64,000 bases of DNA from Octopus sinensis (GCF_006345805.1 NC_043004.1:97898001-97962000), one strand, 5' to 3'; counted from the stretch's first letter, positions 12,345-24,612 are shown. Made by a program: numbers and translations. The notes: a model not told the origin generated them from the letters alone.

Positions 12345-12588
12345 TTCTTCACTCGGTTATTACTGTTCTCATTTCAAATTATGTCCACTGCCGGGAGATC
12401 TTTCATCACACATCTGAGACAGCTTTAGTGACGCTTTCTGTTCTTGTGTATACATTCTAATAGACTAAGTGGAACAGGAGGATACATGAGGACGGAAAGT
12501 GTCGCTAAAGAAGTCACAAATGTGTGATGAAAGATTTCTAGACAATGGACATCCGTTAAAATAAGAACAGTAATGACTGAGTGAAGAA
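12345..12588. repeat. Long imperfect inverted repeat: 107-bp arms, 30-nt loop
   Basis: 12345-12451 versus reverse complement of 12482-12588: ungapped, 85/107 identical by manual alignment. Confidence 0.9.
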
Positions 12589-12715
12589 GGAGAGCGAAAT
12601 AAACGAGCGACAAATATAACAATATCTGTTTGAACCCATGGTTTTACATCAGGAAACTTGCACACAATGAATTAAAAGGCCTAGTTAGGTGTGTGGTGTG
12701 TGTAGATTATATATG

Positions 12716-12784
<69 letters not shown>

Positions 12785-12897
12785 CATATATATAATATAT
12801 GTATATAGATAGAGATGATAGATAGATATATATATGTATATATGTATATATATTATATATATATATATATTATATGTATAGTATATATATATATACC

Positions 12898-12932
<35 letters not shown>

Positions 12933-13023
12933 ATATACATATATATATAGATAATATATATATATTGTATCGTCTTCTAGAGTATACGTTCTTGTCCATG
13001 TTGTATTTTCTACATACCTTAAT

Positions 13024-13055
<32 letters not shown>

Positions 13056-13058
13056 AAT

Positions 13059-13167
13059 TAGGATATCTAAGAGATGCCACCACGCTGGAAATAACAGTCA
13101 AAACTTGTCTCTAAAAGCACATTAAATGTTCATATTTCCAGCGTGGTGGTATCTCTTAGATACCCTA
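13059..13167. repeat. Inverted repeat, 35-bp arms, 39-bp spacer (MITE-like or fold-back)
   Basis: TAGGATATCTAAGAGATGCCACCACGCTGGAAATA versus reverse complement of 13133-13167: 33/35. Confidence 0.85.
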
Positions 13168-13279
13168 AATTATAATTTTAATTTTAATAATAATTATTAC
13201 CTTTGAGGTTTTTATTCCCATGCTGGCCACATGATACGATCGATATTTAAATAGCGAGCTTATCCTTATTTATATAAAT

Positions 13280-13339
13280 TTGTATGTATATTATATGTAG
13301 TATATATAGATATATATATATAATATATATATATACTAT

Positions 13340-13403
<64 letters not shown>

Positions 13404-14010
13404 CATGTATATGTATATATACATGTATATGTATATACATATATACATATACATATACATGTATATGTATATACACATATATACATATATACATATATAC
13501 ATATATATACATATACATGTATATGTGTATATATATATATATATACATGTATATACACATACACACATAAATATGCGTACATGCTTGTGTTAATATTGTT
13601 CTATGTGTTTATAAATATATTTAAAACTGTGTACCTACTTTGTATGTCGTGTGTGTATTTATATACCTGTGCAAGTAGATAGATTTGTACGTGTGTATAA
13701 TAAACATGCATGTGTGTGTATGTATATGTATATATGGGTGTCTGTATAAGCTTTACACACACACACATTCACACAAGCTTTACACGCACACACACATTCA
13801 CACACACACATTCATACACACACACTCACGCACACACATATATGCACATTTTGGAATATATACATTTATCGATTTTTGTTACTCTCTTTCTCTCCCTGTG
13901 TATGTACGTGTGTATGTGTGTGGTGTATATGTATGTATGCATGTATGTATGTATGTATGTATGTACGTATGCATGTATATGGTTGTGACTTTGTATGTGT
14001 GTGTATGTAC
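13280..14010. repeat. Compound (TA)/(CA)/(TATG) microsatellite block
   Basis: Direct reading. Confidence 0.9.
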
Positions 14011-14839
14011 TCTGTTACTCCACATTAGTATTTTGAAAAGCATATTGAGGTGTGGTTGATGGGAGAATGAAATCCTTGAAAGTTCAAATGCCTTCTGTGA
14101 TGTTTTTGTGATTTCCTGGTGAAGTGAACTCTTGTTGAACACAATGTTTTGGTATTAGTTCGATCTCTTTGTCTTTATGCATTCATCCATGAATTCTGTA
14201 AAGAAATTTTTCAATCACAAACTCTTCTGACCCCCACTGATACCCCTGAATAATTACTTTGGTAAAAAATTTATTTTATATTATTTGCATATGTTTTTAT
14301 ATATTTTATGTTATTTTATTTTTTCTTTATCCGCTAGCAGTCTACTTTGTTATTTCTTGTTATTTTGTTTAAGTTAAGGATGGTGAATTCCTTAATTTCT
14401 ATCAAGCACTTAAACTTAATTGATATAAGGGTGTTCATATATGAAGAAAAATTTTTTCTATAATAATAGCAACACAGTTTATCTTTATTACAATGTTTAC
14501 CTTCTACTAAACAAATCAATGTAATTTCTTCCTGTTTCGGTCTTCCATACACTATGCATATAAAGAGTGAATTTTTGTGTGTATATCTAGAGTTGAACTG
14601 TTAATGCAACCACAAGGTACGGGGGATCTGATGCACCAGCTATCTTTATTACCATTCGGATATGAATATAGTACTGTTTTGTATAATGCAGAGCGTACAG
14701 TTATGTTTACTTGTATAATGCAAATAATTAAACGTAATTTCTTCCAGACCAAAATTAATACAATACGAAGACGGTTATGAAACAACTACAATCCCATGAA
14801 AATCACGAATTTATATATACACATATACATACAAACATG

Positions 14840-14887
<48 letters not shown>

Positions 14888-14944
14888 TATATATATACAT
14901 ATTATTTATTATTTAACTGAACGAGATTCATCCATTTCCAAGTA

Positions 14945-15065
14945 AGAGCGTAGGCTCGAAACGTAAAAGACTTTCTCACTTCCGAACGTTAAACTAATAA
15001 TCTCTTTCTTGTTTACACACTCGTCTTCGCCTTTTGCTCTTTTTTTTTTTGTAAATTCTCCCTAT
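14945..15065 (+). mobile_element. Penelope-type terminal remnant with a partial hammerhead motif
   Basis: GAGC-GTAG-GCTC-GAAAC-GTA at 14946-14965, but no CTGANGA directly upstream; ends in a T-run and (TA)n. Confidence 0.45.
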
Positions 15066-15104
15066 ATATACATAATATATATATAGATATATATATATAT
15101 ATAT

Positions 15105-15690
15105 AATTTTAATCCAAACGGGAAAACAAAAAAACAACAACAATGGAACAATTACAGTATTATTATTAATAGGCGCTCAGGAAATGGAAGCAGGGAGGTA
15201 TGACGTTTCGAGCGGAGCTCTTCGTCGGAAACATAAAGAAGGAAGAGAGAGGAAAGAAAGATCCCAAAGCGGGCAACAGGGATAGAGAAAAAAAATGACT
15301 GGTGTTTACGAGTTACACATGGTGAAAGGCGGAAGTTTACGATAACAAGAGCAAAGTAGGTTTTTAAAGGCAAAAGAGTGGAGACAAGGTTGGTAACGCA
15401 ACAGATGTGTGTGTATGTGTGAGTGTGTGCGTGTGCGTGTGTGTATATGTGTGTGTAAGGCGAGATAAAAAAACAAAAAATATATGTATGTGTTAGTGTG
15501 TGCGTCTGTGTGTAGGCGTGTGAGGTAGGGCGAAACAGTGGTCAGCATAGCAGACAAAGGTCAGTAGTAAGAAAAAGAAGGAAGGAGGAAGGGAGGGAGG
15601 GGAAGGGGTGGGGGCGTATGTAGCGTGCCAGCGTGTTTGAGTAGTAGTGTGTGTGTGTGTCCAGTGTCGTGGTAGTATTAATGGCGAGTA
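15105..15690 (-). mobile_element. Penelope-type non-coding remnant carrying a hammerhead-like motif
   Basis: Hammerhead-like motif at 15198-15232 plus pyrimidine- and (CA)-rich body on the minus strand; assignment rests on the known association of minimal hammerheads with Penelope-like elements. Confidence 0.45.
15198..15232 (-). ncRNA. Minimal type I hammerhead ribozyme motif with a U4C core substitution (probably inactive)
   Basis: Minus strand: GTTT-CCGACGA-A-GAGC-TCC-GCTC-GAAAC-GTC-ATAC; stem II 4 bp, stem I 3/4, stem III only the AC/GT palindrome (dimer type). Confidence 0.55.
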
Positions 15691-15726
15691 GATTGAATGT
15701 GTGTAAGAGTAATGTATATATTTAAG

Positions 15727-15771
<45 letters not shown>

Positions 15772-15864
15772 ATATAATTTAATAAATAAAATATATGCAT
15801 ACATACATATATGTACGTACCTACATCTACATGTATATATACATGCATATATAAATATATATAC

Positions 15865-16280
15865 CTGAGTACAGGACACCACAAATAGACGTAGAACTCA
15901 ACGAGAAACGAAAATGTTAAAACAAACATGGAAACGGACCTTTTTTAACAACGAAAAAACAGAGTACAAGACAAACAACACAAGGAAAATTCCCCGTCAT
16001 CAGCTGTCCCTAGTTCGACTCCATGCGTGTTTCGAAGGTAAGGACAGAACACGACTCGTCGAACTAGCCCTGCCTGCGAAAGAATTAAATAAAATTCCTT
16101 TGCAGAGGGGTAAAAACAAGGAAAGAAAAAGATTTAAAAAAACAGGACGTAAAAACAATACAAATAAAAATACAAATAGAAAAACAAATACAAAATAAAA
16201 ATACAAATACAAAAAAATACAGTACAAGTAATAAAAACCAAACAAGGAAACAAACAATGAGGGCCTTTTTTGGCCAAGAC
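15865..16280. repeat. Interspersed repeat family E, copy 1 (possible Penelope-derived terminus)
   Basis: Shares the GTACAGGAC start, A-rich body and TCATCAG...TTTCG module with 30395-30790 and 33005-33360. Confidence 0.6.
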
Positions 16281-16560
16281 GAGGAAAAATTCAAGAGCGC
16301 TTGAAAAAAAGCGTGTTCACTTGTAGGAGGCCGCCAGCGAAAGGAAGTTGGTCGACCCGGCTGTGAGAGAGATGAGGAGGAGTGAGAGAGATGAGGAGGA
16401 GTGAGAGAGAGAGAGATAGAGAGGAAAGGAAACCAGAAAGGGTGAAAAATAAGAAGGAGTGAAAAATAAGAAGGAGAGAGACAGGCAAAGAGGAAGACAG
16501 ATAGAAGGAAGGGAAGGTCAAGCAAAGGGTTATAGAGTTTCGCGTCATAATTATATATGG

Positions 16561-16640
16561 AAAACTTACTTGGAGAACAGAAAGGAAACGAAACGACGCG
16601 AGGACGCTCAGTCATGCAATAATTTCTGTTCTCCAAGTAA

Positions 16641-16645
<5 letters not shown>
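16561..16645. repeat. Perfect inverted repeat, 23-bp arms, 39-bp spacer
   Basis: AAAACTTACTTGGAGAACAGAAA (16561-16583) and its exact reverse complement (16623-16645). Confidence 0.95.
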
Positions 16646-16679
<34 letters not shown>

Positions 16680-16894
16680 TCATCTCTCATTCCTACTAAC
16701 TGTATGTCTTTACATCATACTCATTACATTCTCACTCAGATTTTTCTGGATTTTTGGTTACATGGACACTTTGTATTGCACTACTTCGTAATTGATTATC
16801 ATGTCAACTGATCGGTGAGTGCGTAAGAGGAGTTCATCGTGATATCCGTTCAATCACAATTCTCTAAATTTATATCTAATATTGTTTATATATA

Positions 16895-17317
16895 GGCGCA
16901 GGAGTGGCTGTGTGGTAAGTAGCTTGCTAACCAACCACATGGTTCCGGGTTCAGTCCCACTGTGTGGCATCTTGGGCAAGTGTCTTCTGCTATAGCCTCG
17001 GGCCGACCAATGCCTTGTGAGTGGATTTGGTAGACGGAAACTGAAAGAAGCCTGTCGTATATATGTATATATATATGTATGTATGTGTGTGTATGTGTTT
17101 GTGTGTCTGTGTTTGTCCCCCTAGCATTGCTTGACAACCAATGCTGGTGTGTTTACGTCCCCGTTACTTAGCGGTTCGGCAAAAGAGACCGATAGAATAA
17201 GTACTGGGCTTACAAAGAATAAGTCCCGGGGTCGATTTGGTCGACTAAAGGTGGTGCTCCAGCATGGCCGCAGTCAGTTGACTGAAACAAGTAAAAGAGT
17301 AAAAGTGTAAAAGAGTA
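16895..17317 (+). mobile_element. SINE family A, full length
   Basis: GGCGCAGGAGTGGCTGTGTGG head through GACTGAAACAAGTAAAAGAGTA tail. Confidence 0.9.
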
Positions 17318-17377
17318 ATGTATATACATACATAGAGAGAGAGGGGGGCGGCAATTAAAATTTAAAAAAACTATATA

Positions 17378-18232
17378 CTATCAGCATGCAAAACTAAATG
17401 CAATACCCAATGAATACACTGGACCCGGAGGAATAGCAATCCCAGAGGCACAATCAGTGCGTGACCTGGGTAGTTACATGAGTGATGACGCAACCTTTCG
17501 TGTACATGTTGTTAATTTGGCAATGAAATGTAGACGACTGGCCGGATGGATTCTCAGAACCTTCAGAACAAGAGAACAAGAAACCATGATGGTCATCTGG
17601 AAGACACTTGTCCTAAGCCACTTTGACTATTGCTCTCAGTTATGGTCACCATCCAGCGTCAAGTTGATCACAGAACTCGAGGCGATCCAACGTAGCTACA
17701 TGAAGAAGACAGCCTCTATGCAGAATGTAAGCTACTGGGAAAGACTCAAGAGATTAAAACTATATTCCTTGGAGCGTAGGCGGGAAAGATATGCCATAAT
17801 ATACATCTGGAAGATCCTGGAGGGACGTGCCCCGAACTTTGGCATCGAGAGTTACACAAATGCCAGAACTGGGCGCCACTGCGTGGTGCCTAGGACTCCA
17901 AATTTGCCATCAAGATGTAGGACAAGATACTGTGATAGCCTGGGCTTCCAAGGCCCACAGCTCTTCAATATCCTCCCGAAGAACCTAAGATACCTGCATA
18001 GGGTGGATGCAGATGTCTTTAAAATGAAACTGGATCTCCTCCTGTCAGGTGTCCCAGATGAACCAACTTCACGGCAGGAGGTGCAGATGAGGGCAGCTGC
18101 ATCGAACTCCCTCATGCACCAAATGGCAGTCGCTAAAAAGCTTTCGTGAAGTAAAACCATGTAGCAACACCAAATGGCGGTGCCCCAGCATGGCCACAGC
18201 TCATGAGCTGAAACTAAAATCACTCAATCAAT
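17378..18232 (+). mobile_element. CR1-group (CR1/L2/Crack-like) LINE, 5'-truncated, with 3' UTR and (TCAA)n-like tail
   Basis: RT C-terminal ORF at 17457-18149; possible 7-bp TSD CTATATA at 17371-17377 and 18233-18239. Confidence 0.85.
17457..18149 (+). pseudogene. LINE ORF2 C-terminal fragment (end of RT and C-terminal domain)
   Basis: VRDLG, FDYCSQLWSP, LEAIQR and SYWERLKRLKLYSLERRRERY motifs are typical of CR1-group ORF2. Confidence 0.85.
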
Positions 18233-18493
18233 CTATATATTTATACTTAAAAACTCATTATCTGAAAGTCTGCACCTTTTGCTTTCTCTCGTTTTGTATT
18301 TCACACCGAAACTATTGTATTAAATATATCTAATTTGTTTATCCGTATATTTCCACTCCTCTTCATCCCTCTTACAGCCGTTCTTTACTTTGCGGAATCG
18401 ATCCCCTCTAAAGAAATCGGAGTCGAAGCTGGAATCTTTTGAGGACTATTAAGTGTCTTCCGTACTGAGAATCTTTTGATCTCATCTGTGGAT

Positions 18494-18561
<68 letters not shown>

Positions 18562-18567
<6 letters not shown>

Positions 18568-18680
18568 AAATTAGAGACAAAACCACTATTATGCAAATCA
18601 ATCAAGAAAGACTTATGTATTGGCTTAAGTCTTTCTTTGATTGATTTGCATAATAGTGGTTTTGTCTCTAATTTATTATA
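18562..18680. repeat. Inverted repeat, about 54-bp arms, 10-nt loop, flanked by (TA)n
   Basis: 18562-18615 versus reverse complement of 18626-18680: identical except a 1-nt indel. Confidence 0.9.
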
Positions 18681-18760
18681 ATATAATATTTTATTATAAA
18701 ATTGGATTCAATCTTAAATCTGATTTTTCCTTGTAAATTTGGATTTATTCTCTAATATTT

Positions 18761-18792
<32 letters not shown>

Positions 18793-19669
18793 TATATATA
18801 TCACAGTAAATCATAAAAATAATATCTTTTTATAAGCTTAAAGCTTATAAGCGATCACCGTGCATTGACTAAGTTAAATGGTCTAACCCTAACCCTAACC
18901 CTCGACGGAAAAATTATATACGTATGTAAGTATCTTTGTGCGTGTGTATGTATATTCAAATATTAAATAGAAGCATGTGATTTTTACACTACTTCTGTAT
19001 TGTCACGGACAGAGTCGCAATTCAGTTAACCTCCGATTCGGTTCAGGTACGTAATGATGATAAGCCATAAAATTGACGAAACATCGATATCCAGCAATTC
19101 TGAATGGAATTTGGGTGAGTTATCTCCCCTACCTATGACTTTCATGTGTTTTTATACTCGACGCTTTAAGGAAGTCATTTCAACTCCACCATTTTGTAGT
19201 TTACCGGCGAACAAGCAAAGTATATAGATTGGGTATGTGTGTTCATTAATATATGCTTACATCTAATTGGATGCTTGTATGAGCTAGTGTTCCTGCGCCA
19301 CACAACCCACGAGAGAGAGAGAGATTATGCATCCATATCCGTTAACAGTGAGATGGGATACATTTTTCGCTGTATTCCATGTTCGTTTCTTTTTTGCATG
19401 TTATTTTATTATTGATCTATATAAATAAATGTATATCCTTTAATTTGCTGTCTTTCTTTACACAAGCTGAGAAGATATATTGCATAACTATTATTTTAAC
19501 GAGTTATATCTATTTATCATCCGAAGAGACGCATCTGCTCTGCCGGTTGCTCCTGAACCAGTTGTTAAGAATTCCAGCCGAGAGGAATCGATGCTAGATT
19601 GGTCGAAATAATTGTAGTGATTAATAAAAATTCTCGTATCTTCCACCTCCCGTCTCCCATTAAACAAAT

Positions 19670-20060
19670 ATATGCTTATACACACACACAGACATATATA
19701 TATACATATACATATACATATGTGTGTATTATATACATATAAATATATACATATATATATATGTGTGTATCTATATATATGTATATATATATATATGCAT
19801 GTATATTTACATATATATATATACATGTGTATATACATATACATACATATATATACATATGTATATACATATATACATATATATACATATGTATATACAT
19901 ACATATATACATACATATATATATATACAGATATACATACATACATATATACATACATATATATATATACAGATATACATACATACATATATATATGCAT
20001 ATATATTTATATATATATATATATTTATATATATGTATATGTATATGAGATGAGGGTACA
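19670..20060. repeat. Compound (TA)/(TACA) microsatellite
   Basis: Direct reading. Confidence 0.9.
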
Positions 20061-20939
20061 TATGCGTGCACATGATACATGGGATTTCAAGTTTATGCAT
20101 GGAAGCTCTCATACAGTCAGCCTCATACTGTGATTTTCGCTCTTATCAATGGGTGCAAGTTGTTTGCGTTATACGTGGTAGCGTGCGGCAGTAAACCTAA
20201 ATGCGTTGTTGTTTGTGAAGTTTGGCTTAAGTATAAGTCGAGTGCACTCATTCAAGATAAACACATTTTACTTAATTAAAAGATGGGAGAAGAATAAAAA
20301 CTGAAAACAAAAAGGAATGGAAAGACAAAAACCAAAAAAAAAAAAAATAAAAAAAGAGAGAGAAACTAACCTAAGAAAAAGCACAAAAGGAAAACTTTTT
20401 AAAAACACTTTACGGAATCTTTTGAAGAAAGAAAACAACACAAACAACATTAACAAGAACAGCAACAACTACGGTAGGCTCGTTCATACTATCAATTACA
20501 CCACCACCATCACCATCGCTACCACCATCATCATCAGCTCCATCATCCTCGATAACAACTTCAAAATTAACGTCGCTGAAAACATTAGCAACTTCAGTCA
20601 CAATGAAAATAACATTTGCTCTAGACAAAGTCATTATAAGGTAAAGGAAAAAAAATTAATTTTTGATTTCACCTATAAACAGCTTAATTAAATTTGTGGC
20701 GAATCATGTTTCAAGTCGAAATTAATATCTTTCCAGCAAACAAATTTGAAACCACCACCTACTTCTCCCCCGTCTGTGATAAAATTGTGTCGTCTTCAAT
20801 TAAATTTCCTCACCTTAGCTTAAAGTTAGATAAATAAAATGGTTAATTACCTGTCATTAGCAGTCAATCAAGAAAATGAGTAAATACAAATTTGGTCTAT
20901 TTTCTGTATGTGAGCGTGTATGTATGCTTTGTCTTGCTG

Positions 20940-21350
20940 TATGTATGTATGTATGAACATTTTATGGATTTATATATATGTATATATATATGTATATATA
21001 TATGTATATATATATATCATATATGTATATATATATATATATATACATATGTATATACATATATACATATATATATACATATGTATATACATATATACAT
21101 ATGTATATACATATATACATATATATACATATGTATATACATATATATATGCATATATATTTATATATATGTATATATATGTCATATATATGTATATATA
21201 TATGTATATATATATCATATATATGTATATATATGTCATATATATGTATATATATATATCATATATATGTATACCATATATATGTATATGTATATGTGTA
21301 TATATATATCTATACACACACACACGTTATATATGAATGTGTGTGTGTGT
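20940..21350. repeat. Compound (TA)/(TATG) microsatellite
   Basis: Direct reading. Confidence 0.9.
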
Positions 21351-22735
21351 ATAGTCTTTTTATGTGGGTGCAGTGTTGATGGTAGTGGTAGTAGGAGTAT
21401 TAGAGTTGGTGAGCGTTGTAGACTTGATAGTGTTGATGGTAGTTAGTGTTAATGCTGAGGGTGGTGACAGTTGGGGTGTTGGTAGTGGAGGTATGTGAAT
21501 GAATAGTGGATATTTACGCTACAGATTTAAGAACGTTTTGCTTGTTCGACAAGAGATTTTGATCTGAAATTGTTTATTGAGACAAAACATTGCTAGAATT
21601 CTGATAAACCTCAGATAGAATGGAATAGAATATCAGTGGCCAGGATTTGGATGTTTGTCGAATGTGTTTCGGTGTTTAGTTTAACTTATTTTGTGGAGTA
21701 AATGAAAAATGAATGGAACGATAAAAAGGACTTGAATGCTTTTAACTAATGACCATGGCAGTACCATAATCTAATTATTTTTACAAATTAAATATTAAAG
21801 AAAAAAATGCTGTTTTTTTATATCCTTGGTTGCAGGAATATGATTTTAACGAAGATGGGGTAAAGCATATATTCACAGACGTAACTTCCAACCACCAACA
21901 CGCGAGACTCCAACGCCTCCTTCCTCTATATCTCGACGACTGCACCTTTTAATCACACAAGGGTATTAATATCTATCATCACAACAGTGTTAGTTGTGTA
22001 AGGCTAGCATTGATTGAGCAGAACTGCGATAAAACCATTGCATCAATGGCCAATTTATGTTTTTTTCAAACAATATGTAGTAGAACATCTTGCTGAAGAA
22101 CTGAACTTCCACTATCTCTACCTATATAAAGACTTGATTTTGAGCGAACGTACCAATGTTCGGTAATGGTACCAAAATATTGTATTGTATTGTATTGTAT
22201 TGTATTGTATCAGTGGCTAAATAACTTCTGTAAACTAGCTAACACACTTTCCAGTGAACATTGGTATTGTATATTGTTGTATATATATTGGTGTTGTATA
22301 TTGTATATATACAACATTGGTGTTGTATATTGCAGCAATTCACATCATGTTTTCTGATAACTCGCTGGTTAACTTTAAAAACCTGACTCTATTTCCCCAT
22401 TAAAATGCAGACAGAGCATTCTAGAAAAATTCTTATTGTTTCATAAATAAAATTCGATGAGAACCTCTGAGCAGATACGTCTTAATATAGTGGTAGGCTC
22501 GTAGCTGAGCAGTTACGATACATTTTCTCACCTCTCTCACTGTCAACTTTGTTAATTCGGCTTGAATCTCACATAGACAGTATAGGAGATAGCAAGATAC
22601 ATAAGTATCTAACAAACTCATAATTCTTCCACTTCTCCCTATCCCTCTCTCTCTCACTTATACACATGCACTTGAATATACAAGAGACATCAATAGTTTA
22701 TATATCAAATATGTATATCTATCTATATCTATATG

Positions 22736-22970
22736 TATATTTCTTTACCACCCACAAGGGGGCTAAACACAGGGCAGGGAGGACAAACAAGGACAGACAA
22801 ACGGATTAAGTCGATTACATCGACCCCAGTGCGCAACTGGTACTTAATTTATCGACCCCGAAAGGATGAAAAGCAAAGTCGACCACGGCGGAATTTGAAC
22901 TCAGAACGTAACGGCAGACGAAATACGGCTACGCATTTCGCCCGGCGTGCTAACGTTTCTGCCAGCTCAC
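22736..22970 (-). mobile_element. SINE family B, full length, with 13-bp TSD
   Basis: Head GTGAGCTGGCAGAAACGTTAGCACGCCGGGCG; TSD CTATATCTATATG at 22723-22735 and 22971-22983. Confidence 0.9.
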
Positions 22971-24356
22971 CTATATCTATATGCGTGTGTGTGTATGTGT
23001 GTTCATGTTTATGCTCATTCATACTGAAATTTTCTCTAACTTTCTTATACTCCAGTAACAAGAATATTGTATTTTGATATGAGAATGTCTCACTATATCT
23101 TTCCTGTCCAGACTTCAAGAAGAACTTCACTTATGACATTTCCGTCTGTGTTACATTTGACAATTCATCATTTCATTTGATAACCCATCATTAATTTTTC
23201 GATTATTTATTCTATGTACAAGTGTATCTAAGATTACATTATACAATGTAACATGTATTTATTAAGTGACAGCAAAAGGCATTTAATCCTTAAAAGGCGA
23301 ATCTCATCAATGATGTTAGAGAACAGGGGTTGACGTACTACTAAGCTAAAATTTCACAATATTTTGCATGTCTGTATATATCCATCAGCGTATTTTATTT
23401 ACGTGATTATATTCATTAAAGGTATTATCATTAGAGTTTATTTTCATCAACACTCTCTACAAGTACCGGTGATCTTACAGTCTAGCAGTACTGGTAAAGC
23501 AATGTTTCACTGAGGGGATTAAGTAAAACCAAAACATGTCCTGGATTGCAAGTGTACTGCCAACGAAGAGGTCCATTTTTCATTTCATGACCATATACTG
23601 TTTAATTAATTAACTTAAATTAATTTATATCCAATGTTAACATGAACTAATTATTAAGCTTATTGTTGCTTCTCATCATCACTTTGATCACTATATTGTT
23701 TCTTTGATCTTCTTTGTTGGAATTATTTTTCCCTATTGACTGACAGACTAGTTGATACGGGAAATAGTCAAAACATCGCTCTTTCAATCTCCATACTTAT
23801 GTGGCCATGTTGGTTACATTTCTATTTACTACATTTTGAAATTGGATATACGGCCTATAACTTATAAGCTTATTCCATGCATGATGATTTCTGTTTTTCC
23901 CGATACCTATAAAAACGATATATATACATATATTCATGCAAACGTACATACATACGAACATATATACATTCACACATAAACAAATTCATACGTTAAAGTA
24001 CAAGCAGATCCATGCAGTTGGTAAATTTTTCTTTCTAACAATATGGAAAATGTTTTTGTTATTGCATCGCATTGACTATTGCTATGCGGACGGATGTTCT
24101 CCAATAGCAGCAAAAGTGATTATATTATTATCTTAAACATTAAATGAATTTGAATCGTTTTCTCAATTTTTGATGTTCTGAGAACGATTAACTATTACCA
24201 CAAGCTTTTTTTTTCCCATTGTCAGAGAAATATCTATAAACAGATATTTTTTGATTTGTCATTTGGTATACTACCTCTTAATTTATTTACCTTATTTTAT
24301 GAACCAATTTAAATTATCTACCTCAGATGTTAAAATTTTTTTATCCTACAGGCAAG

Positions 24357-24480
24357 AAAGCGCGTGGCCTAGTGTTTAGAATGTTACACATACAATCATC
24401 AGAAGATGGGTTCGATTCCCAGACCGGGTGGCGTGTTGTGTTCTAGAGCAAAAGACTTCAATTCACATTGTTCTAGTGGT
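24357..24480 (+). mobile_element. Degenerate SINE head (family D/C-like)
   Basis: GTGGCCTAGTGTTTAG A-box-like, GGTTCGATTCCC B box, then GCGTGTTGTGTTCT as in family D. Confidence 0.55.
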
Positions 24481-24612
24481 GTGTGGGGACAGAGTACCAA
24501 AGAATGAACCCAACGTTCCGTCTGCATATTGTAAGAGAGTAAAAAGGGTAGAGGTAGGATTTGCACTCCGATTTCTTAAAACTCTAACCAACAAAGGCTG
24601 CCCAAACAGATC

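Noticed and set aside
14552-14785. Overlapping 67-77 aa ORFs (..YSYPNGNKDSWCIRSPVPCGC..)
   Set aside because: No homology recognised, weak splice signals, and an internal 11-bp direct repeat.
18883-18902. (CTAACC)3 telomere-type repeat
   Set aside because: Only three units in interstitial repeat-like sequence; too short to call a telomeric remnant.
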